A stretch of DNA of 64,000 bases from Macrostomum lignano (lineage: Eukaryota): positions 1-64,000 of the forward strand of contig NIVC01003206.1 in the NCBI GenBank assembly GCA_002269645.1, given 5' to 3'. Position 1 is the stretch's first letter. Each line of letters starts with the position of its first letter. The notes beneath the pieces were generated by a model, which was not told where the DNA came from, made no database searches, and saw only the letters and a program-made list of their open reading frames with translations. Made by a program: the position numbers and the translations under genes. This document shows positions 37,617-49,327 of the stretch, piece after piece.

Positions 37617-38281
37617 CGAGGGGCATTCAAAAAGTTTTGGCAACTGCATATGCAGATATACTTTGGCTCAAGCAAAACACACTATATATTTTAGGAATAT
37701 TTTTAGTAACATGCCTGAGACCACCATATAAATTTTCAGCTCAATAGCTTCACCCATTATTGCACAATTCACACCTAACCATACGAGCGTACCTACGTTT
37801 CAGCTTCTGACAAAATATGGAAAATATCAGCTCAGAGAACACGCGCTTCTTCATCTTCATACGCGCACAACTTGGAGAAAATGCCACCAAAATCCATGCC
37901 GACTTAGCACAGGTGATAGGGGATCAAGCTCCATCTTATCGCACCGTTGCGCGATGGATTGAGGCTTTTGGCGCCGGTAGGAGCAGCCTCTGTGACGACC
38001 CTCGATCTGGGAGGCTGGCTGGGCGCCAATTTCAAAGGCCGCAAGACCTGGTGCGCGCTATCAATTCAGAGTTGAGGGCATTCACTGAATCGGAGTACCG
38101 CGACGCCTTTGATTCGTGGCTACGGAGGCATCAGAAGTGCACAGAGCGGAGACTAATGACCTTCCCTTTAGAACCTTACTTCTGTAAGGTTTACAGAAGG
38201 ACTGTAAGCCCTTACTTTTAGAATAATGAGCTTGCACTAGATTTCAGTAGCCTGTTGCCAAAATTTTTTGAATAGCCCTCG
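37617..38281 (+). mobile_element. Internally deleted mariner element
   Basis: TA|CGAGGGGCATTCAAAAAGTTTTGGCAAC…GTTGCCAAAATTTTTTGAATAGCCCTCG|TA. ORF 37817-38221 has a mariner HTH N-terminus (ATKIHADL…APSYRTVARW…DDPRSGR) fused to a mariner-like C-terminus (LAGRQF…YRDAFDSWLRRHQKC). Confidence 0.92.
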
Positions 38282-39029
38282 TAATTTAAGCTGCCACCTG
38301 TTCGTGACAGATGAGCCACTGCCAGAATTTGCTTGAAGTAGCTTTCTCTGGTCTTCAATTCTGTTCAGTTGTCTGGCTAACTAAAAGTACAATTGGCAAT
38401 TTTTTTTCGATAAAAATATGTTTAATCGAATTTGAAGCTGATACGCCTTCTCAATGCCAACTAGTTGAAGTAGTATTGAAGGAATATCTTGACTGAAAAA
38501 ATATTACTTCAGAATTTGGAATCCCGAGAGAAAAACATGTATTAGCTCGTAACAATAGCAAAACCGTTTTTATAGAGTTCTGAATAGGAGAAAATCAATA
38601 ACACAATACATGTACACAGAGGCGGATTTAAAAATATAAAATACGAGCGTAAGGGGGGGGGGGTTAACCATTAGAGTGGGGGCGCCATAATACACTAGAG
38701 GGGTGGCCATACTGAGCAATCTGATGGCGGTGAGGCTCTTTTATAGGGCAAAGGAAAAGGGACGCCATCATAACCAGCCACAAGGGGCGGCCGCCCTCCC
38801 CTCGGCCGAACACCTAACGGCCCGCCGCTAGCGGAGTCCATCCCACGCTAAAAATAGCCCGTTAACAGGACCCAGCCCACGGTGGGATGGACTCCCTTAG
38901 CGGGGGCCAGCCCGCCAGGGGTGAGTGTGGAACGCTAGTGAGCACTAGCGTACTAGCACTGCAAGGACTTCTAGACTAACAGGACGCACAACTCCAAAGT
39001 TGTGCAAAAAGTTTAGAAGGCCAGTTTTT

Positions 39030-39700
39030 CTGATTCCGATTCCAGCATGAGGAATCAGGGATAGGGGATTAGGAATAGTGGATTCGGATTCCAGCATGAG
39101 GAATCAGGGATAGGGGGATTATTCGGATTCCAGCATGAGGAATCAGGGATAGGGATCGGATTCCAGCATGAGGAATCAGGGATAGGGGATTAAGAATCGG
39201 GGATTCGGATTCCAACATTAGGAATCAGGGATAGGGAATTAAGAATCGGGGATTGAGTTTAAAAAAATGAGCTTCTCTCGGTTCTATGAAAGCTGGCAGT
39301 CTTTCAAAAATTTAGAAAAAGGTGCCATAAGCTCCTCTGCTTTATGAATTATGATGGCCGACCCAGTCTTTCAAGTTTCTCGCAGAAGGTGCCATATGCC
39401 CTATCTGGGAAAGGGAATTAAGAATCGGGGATTCGGATTCCAACATGAGGAATCAGGGATAGGGAATTAAGAATCGGGGATTCGGATTCCAACATGAGGA
39501 ATCAGGGATAGGGAATTAAGAATCGGGGATGCGGATTCCACATGAGGAATCAGTTATGGGGGGGAATTAATAATGGGGATTCGGATTCCAACTAGTGAGA
39601 TCATCAGGGGTGGATTAGATTGGGGATTCGGATTCAACTCAGGGAATTAGGGATAGGGAATTATAGAAGGGGATTCGGATTCCACTGTAGGAGGGGATAG
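39030..39700. repeat. ~45-50-bp degenerate satellite (GGATTCGGATTCCAACATGAGGAATCAGGGATAGGGAATTAAGAATCGG)
   Basis: Direct inspection. Confidence 0.85.
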
Positions 39701-40149
39701 ATTAGAAGAATCTGTGGAGAGATACATGAGAGAACAGTATCAGTTAGCATGGTATAAATCATAAAAGCGATATGGACGATTCTAAGTGGCACTCATCGCT
39801 AACTCATCGCTAACAGTGCATCAAGTGAGTAAAAGATTAACACAAAGGCGTTACACAATTAAGTCGTAAAAGTAAACTATAACTCAAATTATAATAACAA
39901 GGCAGTAGATATTTAGTAGATCCTGAGTCGCATAAAATGAAACAATCAACTCTCAGCAAATAGTGATCTAAATGGAGTATACCTTATTGACAAATAATCA
40001 ATAACAAAACAATCAACAATCAACAACAATCAATAACAAAACAATCAACAATCAACAACAATCAATAACAAGTCCAAAAATGACACTTTTGACTTTTATA
40101 GTGCCAAATTGATATAAATCAGTGCGATCCCTGATGCCATGCCTAAAAA

Positions 40150-41420
40150 GCTCAAACCAGCGCTGAAAAGCTCAAATTTGCGCCGGAAAATTTCCAGCGC
40201 CAGGATCCCTAAATCAGCGCCAGGATCCCTAAATCAGCGCCAGGATCCCTAAATCAGCGCCAGGATCCCTAAATCAGCGCCAGGATCCCTAAATCAGCGC
40301 CAGGATCCCTAAATCAGCGCCAGGATCCCTAAATCAGCGCCAGGATCCCTAAATCAGCGCCAGGATCCCTAAATCAGCGCCAGGATCCCTAAATCAGCGC
40401 CAGGATCCCTAAATCAGCGCCAGGATCCCTAAATCAGCGCCAGGATCCCTAAATCAGCGCCAGGATCCCTAAATCAGCGCCAGGATCCCTAAATCAGCGC
40501 CAGGATCCCTAAATCAGCGCCAGGATCCCTAAATCAGCGCCAAAAGGGCCAAACCAGCGCTGGAAAGCTGAAATCGGCGCTGGAAAGCTCAAATTGGCGC
40601 GGGAAGGCTCGAATTGGCGCCGGAAGCCAAATTTTTCGCCAGGATCCCCAAAGCAGCGCCAGGATCCCTAAATCAGCGCCAGAACGCTGTATCAGCGCAA
40701 AAGGCCCAAACCAGCATAGGAAAGCTCAAATCGGCGCGGGAAAGCTCGAATTGGCGCCGGAAGCCAAATTTTTCTCCAGGATCCCCAAATCGGCGCCAGG
40801 ATCGCCAAATCAGCGCCAGGAATGCTGAAATCAGCTCGAGAAGGCCCAAACCAGCCCTGAAAAGCTCAAATCGGTGCTGGAAAGCTCAAATTGGCGCGGG
40901 AAGGCTCGAATTGGCGCCGGAAGACAAATTAGGCGCCAGGATCCCCAAATCAGCGCCAGAATCCCAAAATCAGCTCTAGAAGGCCCAAACCAGCCCGGGG
41001 AAGCTCAAATTGGCGCTGGAAAGCTCAAATTGGCATTGGCGCCAGGATCCCCAAATCGGCGCCAGGATCCCTAAATCAGCGCCAGGATCCCTAAATCAGC
41101 GCCAAAAGGGCCAAACCAGCGCTGGAAAGCTGAAATCGGCGCTGGAAAGCCTAAATTGGCGTGGGAAGGCTCGAATTGGCGCCGGAAGCCAAATTTTTCG
41201 CCAGGATCCCCAAATCAGCGCCAGGATCGCCGAATCAGCGCCAGGATCCCCAAATCAGCTCCAGAAGGCCCAAACCAGCCCGGGGAAGCTCAAATTGGCG
41301 CGGGAAAGCTCAAATTGGCACAGGAAAGCTCAAATTGGCGCGGGAAGGCTCGAATCGGCACGGAAAGCCTAATTTGGCGCCAGGGTCCCCAAATCGTCGT
41401 CAGGATCCCTAAATCAGCGC
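40150..41420. repeat. 20-bp-period satellite: perfect AGCGCCAGGATCCCTAAATC x~17 (40195-40541), then degenerate 20-bp variants
   Basis: Direct inspection; explains the repetitive ORFs at 40614-41602. Confidence 0.93.
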
Positions 41421-42100
41421 TGGAATGTGCCAATGGGCGCAGAAGTGGCAGCATGCATCAGCTTGCTACTTTCTGGCGCCAATTTCAATATTGCTGCGCC
41501 AATTTCAGCCTTTGGGCATGGGCACATTTTAGCGCCCTGGCAAGGCCAATGCAATTAACGCTCACGCAATGCCAAAAGAGCCGAATTTTTTTTCTTTTTT
41601 GAATTAGTGCCATGTATCTTGCCAACCAATGCGAGTCAACTTCTGGCGTCTGCTTCTTCACAGCCCCACAATGGCATATCCTAAACTTTGTAGGCTGGCC
41701 CGCGCTAAGGAAGCCCACCCCACCGTGGGGCGGACCCCGCTAACGGGCTATTTTTAGCGTGGGATGGGCTCCGCTAACGGGCGGCCATAAACTGATAGAA
41801 AGAACACTCTCATAACCGCGTACTCTCAGAACCCGCATTGCTGGGGCAAGAAAATGTACAGCTGTCCGTGAGTGTATAATGTATGACTGAAGAAGACAAG
41901 TGTTCGGAATCTCTTTCCCCCGCTACTATCGATTCCCTCCCTTCTCTTGTCCTCTCTTTTTCGTCTCGCTACCCCACCCCGTCTCCTGTGCATTTAACAA
42001 CAGACCGTACTTGCTCCTTAATCCATAGAAGTGTATGCTTTCAACGCAGACGAAGTTAAAACAGAACGCGTATCAAACAGTAAGAACACACGGTCTCGAC

Positions 42101-43741
42101 ATGGCGTTGGCCTTTCATCTCGCTTTTCTGCTCGTCTTCTCAACGGGTCCTCTTACTGAAGCGTTCAACTGTCCCAGTGAACAAGGCAAGTACAAATGCC
42201 GGTGCGTCAACGCTACAAAACTGGTTGACTGTGCCAATCTGAAGTTAAATGGCACACCTTCTGACCTGCCAGTCGATGTAGTTTATCTCGACCTGAGCAA
42301 CAACTTAATAAGTGACCTTGGTGGCTTAGTGGATCTGACGAATCTGAAGACTTTGCAGCTGAGTAACAATCATATTAGCACCTGGAACAGCTCATGGCTA
42401 ACCGGTATGCCGTTGCTAGAAGAGCTCACGTTATCGCAGAACCAACTGAAGAAGCCTCCGGACCTGCTCTGCAGCCAGCTGCCTGCTTTGAAGCATCTGC
42501 ATCTGGGCAGTAACCAGCTATCCAGCAAATTTCCGGAAGACTACAGTCACTGTCTAAAGCTCAGCCGACTGACCCTGTCAAATAATCCGTACGAATCGAT
42601 CGATAACTCAACCCTATGCAGCCTCGCCGGTCTACCTGAGCATGAAGTTGCAAAACCGCCACATCCGCAGCTGTTTTCGCTCAAACTAAACAAACTAAAT
42701 CTGAAAAGTGCTCAGCCCGGATCTTTGGCCTGCTTGTCGCATCGTCTGCAGTCGCTGGACCTGGGCCAGAACTCGCTGCCGCAGCCCGTTCTGGAGGGTC
42801 TCGTCGGCGGCTCGTGTCTGTCGCTGCTGGCAACGCTGAATCTGCGACACTCCCGCCAGCTGGGGGCGGTTAGCACAGCTCTTTTAAACTGCTCCAAATC
42901 ACTGCAGGTTCTCATGCTGGATGCAAGTTCAAATGTCAACGAGCTGCACACGGAAGCCTTGGCTCTGGCTCCGAATTTGCGCCTTCTTTACCTGAATAGA
43001 ACGGGAATTCGGGGCTGGAATGGAAACTGTCTCAACCAGCTGCGGCAACTGCACGCGCTGGACCTCAGCTTCACCCCGATTACCACGGTTGGCAGTCGCA
43101 ATGGCTCAGACACGAATCCGTTGCGTCTATTGACTGACAGCAAGAACTTCAAACAACTCAGCCTGACAAACGCTTCGCTTGAATGCGACTGCTCACTCTA
43201 TTGGCTTTGGCAGCTGCTGCGCGACAGCCCGGCAGTCCGGGCGAAAATCGTTGGCGGAGCCGACAGCTTGACTTGCACTGGTCCGCCACTCGCCCTTGGC
43301 GCCCGCCTGACTCAGTTCGATGGCCTTTCTGAATGTGTCGGATTTTTCACTCGCCGGAATGTGATCATCTTGGCCAGCTGCGGCGCCGGCTTAGCCTTGA
43401 TTTCTGTCGTGTTTGGCATCGCCGTCGCTTTCGTTAAAAGACGCCGTCGTCAGGCATCGGCACTCAGCGCCGGGGCGCCATCGCAGGAGCCTCCTCAGCT
43501 GGTATTCTCCGGCGCCAGCAGTGCGGCTAGCAGCGTCGACGATCTGCGCAACCCGCTGGTGTCTCCAAATATTGGAAGACGCGGCGGCGCCCGGCAAGAG
43601 TCGATTTGGATTCGGCTGAGGCGGTTTCTGCGCGAGAGACGCGACGCATCTTCCCTGCCTGGGGAGGTTCGCAGGCCACCAATTTTCGACCCACGCCCGC
43701 CACCAGAGGACTACCTGAACGCTGATGGCGAGGACGCCTGA
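42101..43741 (+). CDS. Intronless leucine-rich-repeat type-I transmembrane protein (LRRNT, ~11 LRRs, LRRCT, TM, ~95-aa tail), 546 aa
   Basis: ATG 42101 MALAFHLAFLLVFS (signal peptide); CPS…CRC…VDC; repeated LxxLxLxxNxL; LECDCSLYWL…LTCTGP; TM VIILASCGAGLALISVVFGIAVAFV followed by KRRRR. Confidence 0.92.
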   Translation: MALAFHLAFLLVFSTGPLTEAFNCPSEQGKYKCRCVNATKLVDCANLKLNGTPSDLPVDVVYLDLSNNLISDLGGLVDLTNLKTLQLSNNHISTWNSSWLTGMPLLEELTLSQNQLKKPPDLLCSQLPALKHLHLGSNQLSSKFPEDYSHCLKLSRLTLSNNPYESIDNSTLCSLAGLPEHEVAKPPHPQLFSLKLNKLNLKSAQPGSLACLSHRLQSLDLGQNSLPQPVLEGLVGGSCLSLLATLNLRHSRQLGAVSTALLNCSKSLQVLMLDASSNVNELHTEALALAPNLRLLYLNRTGIRGWNGNCLNQLRQLHALDLSFTPITTVGSRNGSDTNPLRLLTDSKNFKQLSLTNASLECDCSLYWLWQLLRDSPAVRAKIVGGADSLTCTGPPLALGARLTQFDGLSECVGFFTRRNVIILASCGAGLALISVVFGIAVAFVKRRRRQASALSAGAPSQEPPQLVFSGASSAASSVDDLRNPLVSPNIGRRGGARQESIWIRLRRFLRERRDASSLPGEVRRPPIFDPRPPPEDYLNADGEDA

Positions 43742-44050
43742 GCGAATCCGATCGACCGAATTCAGAGATACGATGTATTAAACGTTCGCGCGTTACTACT
43801 GACTTAGGAGTACTTGTATTGGCAGTTGAAAGTATGAAAATCTTGCTATTTTGTGCATGACCAATTTATTCCTTTTTTCGGGGAGTTCCAGTTGATTTTT
43901 GTTACTGGTGAGCCTTTGTTAAACCTTTACTGTGTAACAAATTCAAAGAAAAATGTTTTTATGAGAAAAAGCTTCACAATTGTCTGTCTTTTGTGATTTT
44001 TTTACTACTTTTCAATCTTCTTTAGCAATGGTACTAGGTTAGGAGTTTTG

Positions 44051-44277
44051 GTCAGTCAGTCAGTCAGTCAGTCAGTCAGTCAGTCAGTCAGTCAGTCAGT
44101 CAGTCAGTCAGTCAGTCAGTCAGTCAGTCAGTCAGTCAGTCAGTCAGTCAGTCAGTCAGTCAGTCAGTCAGTCAGTCAGTCAGTCAGTCAGTCAGTCAGT
44201 CAGTCAGTCAGTCAGTCAGTCAGTCAGTCAGTCAGTCAGTCAGTCAGTCAGTCAGTCAGTCAGTCAGTCAGTCAGTC
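44051..44277. repeat. (GTCA)n microsatellite
   Basis: Direct inspection. Confidence 0.99.
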
Positions 44278-44601
44278 TATTCACCTTCTATCACCTTCTT
44301 CTATTCACCTCATCATATTTTGCCACACCGGAGAAACCTGTCGGCCCTGCAGGCGACTCCCCAGAGTGTCTGAATAATTTTAAATAGCCAGCCCTGGGCT
44401 AGAGGGAAGAGTTCGCGATCGGCATTAATCATGAAACGGTTATGGGTACCGGCAGAATGAGGCGTGACAGCTCATTGTAACCCATACGCTGCATGTATTT
44501 AAACAAGCTTTTATGCGGATGATTCTTCCATGCAAATTGTGGCCTGGAAAATTAATGTAGTGTTTTTTATAAATACCACCGCTTGGATCATTTACCGGCC
44601 T

Positions 44602-45166
44602 AAGAGACAGGGGCGCTCACCAAGACACAGGAGCGCTTACCAAGACACAGGAGCGCTTACCAAGACACAGGGACGCTCACCAAGACACAGTGGCGCTTAC
44701 CAAGACACAGGGACGCTCACCAAGACACAGTGGCGCTTACCAAGACACAGGGGCGCTCACCAAGACACAGGGGCGCTCACCAAGACACAGGGGCGCTCAC
44801 AAAGACACTGTGGCGCTTACCAAGACACAGGGGCGCTCACTAAGACACTGTGGTGCTTACCAAGACACAGGGGCGCTCACCAAGACACAGGGGCGCTCAC
44901 CAAGACACAGGGGCGCTTACCAAGACACAGGGGCGCTTACCAAGACACAGGGACGCTCACCAAGACACTGTGGTGCTTACCAAGACACTGTGGTGCTTAC
45001 CAAGACACTGTGGTGCTTACCAAGACACAGGGGCGCTCACCAAGACACAGGGGCGCTCACCAAGACACAGGGGCGCTTACCAAGACACAGGGGCGCTTAC
45101 CAAGACACAGGGACGCTCACCAAGACACTGTGGCGCTTACCAAGACACAGGAGCGCTCACCAAGAC
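44602..45166. repeat. 20-bp minisatellite (CAAGACACAGGGGCGCTCAC / CAAGACACTGTGGTGCTTAC)
   Basis: Direct inspection. Confidence 0.96.
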
Positions 45167-45298
45167 AACAGGGGCGCCGCTCACCAAAACTCACCAGGGC
45201 GCTCTCTTCTTCGACACTCTGGGCTAAAAATATTCATTATATCTACACATGTACGAGCGTATAAAAAACCAAAACTTTGTGTGTGTTTGTGTCGAAAG

Positions 45299-45419
45299 TT
45301 AAGTTGTGCAGAGTTAAGTGTCTTGCTCAAGGACACAAATTGTTCCGGTGGGATCGGGAATCGAACCCCACCCTTTAAGTTGTGAGTCCGACGCTCTAAC
45401 CACTATGCTGCAACCCCCT
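45299..45419 (-). mobile_element. 3'-truncated copy of SINE family A
   Basis: Reverse complement of the tRNA head and the GTGTCCTTGAGCAAGACACTTAAC segment of 9691-9999. Confidence 0.8.
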
Positions 45420-46179
45420 TCCTAGAATCACTTAGAATGGCTTCAAATGAAGAAATTGAAGTTAAGCTTGAACGGACAACGAATTTAAGCCCACCTCGGG
45501 CATCTGAATAGCGATCGGTGAAATTCTATTTGAAAATTGTTATAATTAGTTTTACTGACTGACGCCTTGTGATGTCGATATTCACAGAGGTTTAATAGTT
45601 CGCTTATTGTGTAAAAGTTCATGTACGTAGAATAAATATACAGTTAAGATATGCATAAAGCAGATTACAATAAAATTTCATAAAAATCGATTTTAGGAAT
45701 TTAGGATTGAATGGTGCAAGTTTGAAGAATAACGGTTGAGCGGCTTTTTCTGAAATCTACATGTATCACATATACGAATATATAGACTGACAACTCATTT
45801 TTAGTGTATAGAAATTCATGCATCGATAAAAATAGTGACTTAGCATACAGCAACAATACTGTTATAAATATTGAATTCAGAATTGGCCTGAGCAGCGGCC
45901 ACTTGCCTAAACAGGAATCCTTTATACTAAAAAATGACTATTAGAATCAACAAAATCCAAAAGCAATTGCTCAATAAAAAGCGTATCATCCTCCAGACTT
46001 CAAGATTACTCGTGACCGTAGGTGCAGCCGTTGTACCACCAACAAGCGCCGCTCCTTAGTTGCGAGCAAGCAGTACGAGCGTATTCAATCCAAGTCAAAC
46101 GTCGAGAACTGACGATTATTATTTTAGCTCAATGAGTCACCGGAGGTGTTGGAGCTGCTAGCCAGGTAGCTACCGACGC

Positions 46180-46286
46180 TCAGCTGGAGTACTCGAACAC
46201 GTACAGGTAGCCGTCGTGATGGTTCCAGGCCTCCATGCGGAACAGGCGGGGAGTGGCGCCAGTTATGCTGTTAAACAAATTCAGAC
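46180..46286 (-). CDS. Candidate terminal coding exon of an unidentified gene (xLNLFNSITGATPRLFRMEAWNHHDGYLYVFEYSS*)
   Basis: CTTTTAG acceptor, C/G-ending codons, ends in TGA. A possible upstream exon near 46690-46762 does not join in phase. Confidence 0.35.
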
Positions 46287-46389
46287 CTAAAAGTTTTCAG
46301 CAATTTCATGTGTCAGACGTAAAAAAGGTCTCTTACTGCGAAGACTCAATTTATTACATGTATATTTAAACGCCCCGGCGTTTAAATAT

Positions 46390-46700
46390 TGCCGTCGCCT
46401 CCCGGCCTCGCAGTCAGCTCTACTGGCTGTGCAGGCCAAAGCAATTCAACGGAGGGCCGCGCGAGAGCTGCGGCTGCCAGGTGCGGCACACTGGAGACGA
46501 AGCGAAGAAGGCCCCAGCTCCAGCGAGCTCCAGCGCAGGGACCGCCCCTCCCCCTCGCCCACCGTCCGGGTGGCGCCGGGGACCGTGAGGCCCAGCAAAA
46601 CCGGGCCCCAGCCCTACCAAAGTGCGCGCAACAGCTCAGGGTCGTGACTTCGAACTGTCGGACCCTGCTGGCCAAGTGGAGGCGACACCTGCTGGTGCAG
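46390..46700 (+). mobile_element. 5' fragment of an RTE-like LINE (start of the APE endonuclease)
   Basis: GC-rich leader then LRVVTSNCRTLLAKWRRHLLVQ, resembling the L-x-x-x-T-x-N-V-R-T-L start of APE domains. Confidence 0.55.
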
Positions 46701-47999
46701 CCCGCAGACGGCCTGCAGCCGTTGAAGTTGACGGTTGAAGTAGCTAAATATACGACCGTCTGTAGAATGATGAAACTGAATGTCAGCTTGCCGAAATAGT
46801 TTTATTAAAATTATAGGTTGCGCGCCTGTCGAGTTAAGCGGCTAAATATGTTTGCTTGCGCCTCCTTTTGATTTCAATTAGCCTTTCAACTTCACTGGCT
46901 TTACTGTTCAATCGAAAGTTTAGAACACAAGTTTTTGTTCGAACGATAGTTGTTAGGCAGCCAGTTTGCTCGCTCGCAAGTTGGCCCATTTCTACTTTTC
47001 CGCACTTATATTTATACAACAAAATTTGCCTCAGTCAGCGTTATTTCAAACCAATAGCAATTGTAGCAAAAGAGTTCTAGATCAACGCAATTGCAAGAAA
47101 GTCTGGGAATTATTTTTTTGGTGCGAAAGTTTGGATGCCTGCGTGCCAGTTTCATGTGAACAGCGAAATCGGACACCGCCGTTGTGCGTCATTCGGCGGC
47201 TCCACCAGTGTTGCAGCTGTATCGATGTCGCAGATCTTGGGCGCTGATCTCAGCAGTTTTCGTGAGAACCAGACGTTCAGGCGTTCTTAGTGCAAGCCAA
47301 GTTCAGCCGGCTAAACTTTTCTAACTTTCACTTGTGCAAACAATTGAGCGTTGGGAAGCACAATGAACTCCTGCTGAACTGGTCTTGCTGTCCTGAGCCG
47401 ATCGGCTGATTTTTGCGTACTGCTGAGATCGCTGATGCTGCTGCTGCTGATGGTGCGAGCCGAGCTACGTTGGGTGTCTTAGACAAAGGCTAGCGTCCGC
47501 AACGTTGGGGCCCACTTCATAACTTTGGTCCCCTCGCTAAAGGCTCACATTGGGTCCTCTCGTTGCCGTCCAGCCTCGCCAGGTGACTCGACCAGGTGAC
47601 ACGACCAGGTGACCTAGCCTATCTCCGTTCCTAGACTTATGAGCATTTTCTTATGGCTCATAAAAATTGCCGTTCTGGAACTTCCTGCCGTACTAGCGCC
47701 ATTGGCGGTTGCAATCCTTGTAATTCCTTCATCCATGGCTCTACATTTCTCCTTCACTTGGCCGCTCCATAGACACTGGGCGACATTTAAAAAGTTTCAA
47801 AGGATTTATTTAAATTTCTTTGCAAGTTTTAACCGATTAATTTAACGATTTAAAGTCAAGCAAGCAAGCAAAGTCACTGGAAACAGGAAGCGTGACGTCC
47901 GCAAACTTGGGGCATCAGCAGGCAACACACGAGCTGAACGAGCAGATGATAAGAGAAACTCCAACTCTATGCCAGCCACTTTACTGAGTCTTTCTCTTT

Positions 48000-49040
48000 C
48001 TGTCTGTTTCCCATGGATGAATAATGGCATGAAAGTACGAGTATTGTGATCCCGTCCGTCGCGACCTTATCAACGTCCACAGCGACACGGGCGATGAGGA
48101 TAGTCGCCCCTCCACTTTCAACATCAGGAGGGGCTTCCAGGCCGCCATCCCTGGTCGTGACAGCATTCCGCGGGATTTCGGTGTGAACCACTGCTTCACT
48201 GACGGCTCGCTATTTAACGGCCACGCTGGAGCAGGTATTGCTAGCTTCCAAGAAGGTAAGATGCTCTTTCCGGAAAGTCTGCACCTCGGTGAGAATACCT
48301 CGGTTTTCCAAGCCGAAATCTGCGCCATTGAGCAGTGTGCCCAGCACCTGTCCAGGCGAAAGTTGGGAATTTCAATATCCATTTTTACACTGATAGCCAA
48401 ACCACTGTCAAGGCTTTAACCACCGAAAAAGTTCCTCTGCCGCAGTGTGCAATCTCTCTGTTTTTAATAGGATTAGAATCGCCTGACACCCGGTCACAGC
48501 AACATCCTGGGTAACGAACTCGCGGATTCTCTCGCCAAGGAGGGGCAGCAACCCAGACGGCAACCACCGTCTGATGAGGCCTAGACCTAGGTTGAAAATA
48601 ACCTGAAAATCAATTACAGGTGGCTTCACTAGCAGCACCAGCTCCACTGGAAAATTTGCACCGACTACAGGTACACAGGAGCTCACTTAAAATAATCGAC
48701 CTCAGGGAGCTGTGCATGGTCATAACCGGCCATGTATTCTTCCAGAGACATATCTCGTTGCAAACCGATTGCCATAGGAGAGCATAGAAGAGGAGACTGC
48801 AGAGCATCGCGTCACCTTCTGCCCGTTACTTCAATAAGGCGCGGCACAAACATTCGTGCGAGCTGACCAGCCCGGAAAACATCCTTGACCTTCGCGTTTT
48901 CGTTCGAGATACCGACTGGATGAGGGTCGCCGACGCCTCCTCTGCGAACCTGCCCACTAAGGGTTAATCCTTGCTCTCTTTTACTTTGGGGTTGCGATAA
49001 GGGCCTCGCGACCTGGCCTAATCGCTGTGCTTGCGTCCCC
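48000..49040 (+). mobile_element. Degenerate RNase H-bearing non-LTR retrotransposon 3' fragment
   Basis: [15 protein letters not shown]…[10 protein letters not shown], then (other frames) IFTDSQT…VKAL and GHSNILGNELADSLAKEG; multiple frameshifts. Confidence 0.8.
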
Positions 49041-49327
49041 GCTAGTAGTAATGTCGTGCCGTGAAGTTGGCATAAAGAAATTCAAGGTTTATTTTAACTG
49101 GCAAGTAGCCTATTTAATAATGACACGAGCAGGGGCTGAGAGAACACCGAAATAGAATCACGTGATCACAATTAACTACGTACAAGTGCATGGAAGCTTA
49201 GGGGTATGGCCAGTCAGCGCAAAGGGAGAGGAAAGAATGGCGTGCACGTACGATGCACGTACATAACATAAGTTGGTTAGTTAGTCAGTGCCTAGAGCTC
49301 AGCGCTCCGGCACCACAAGTAAGTGAG

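Larger units (their letters stand above)
38818..41787. mobile_element. ~3-kb non-autonomous TIR element with TAA duplication (PIF/Harbinger-like) carrying satellite cargo
   Basis: ~95-bp inverted termini (CGGCCCGCCGCTAGCGGAGTCCATCCCACGCTAAAAATAGCCCGTTA… and its inverse at ~41694-41787); TAA at 38815-17 and 41788-90. Confidence 0.7.

Noticed and set aside
40614-41602. Repetitive ORFs (ARESSNW…, APGSPN…)
   Set aside because: Translations of the 20-bp satellite.
42035-42100. ORF-track start of the LRR gene at 42035
   Set aside because: The signal peptide begins at ATG 42101, which is the more plausible start.
44530-45385. 244-aa and 231-aa ORFs
   Set aside because: Translations of the 20-bp minisatellite in all frames.
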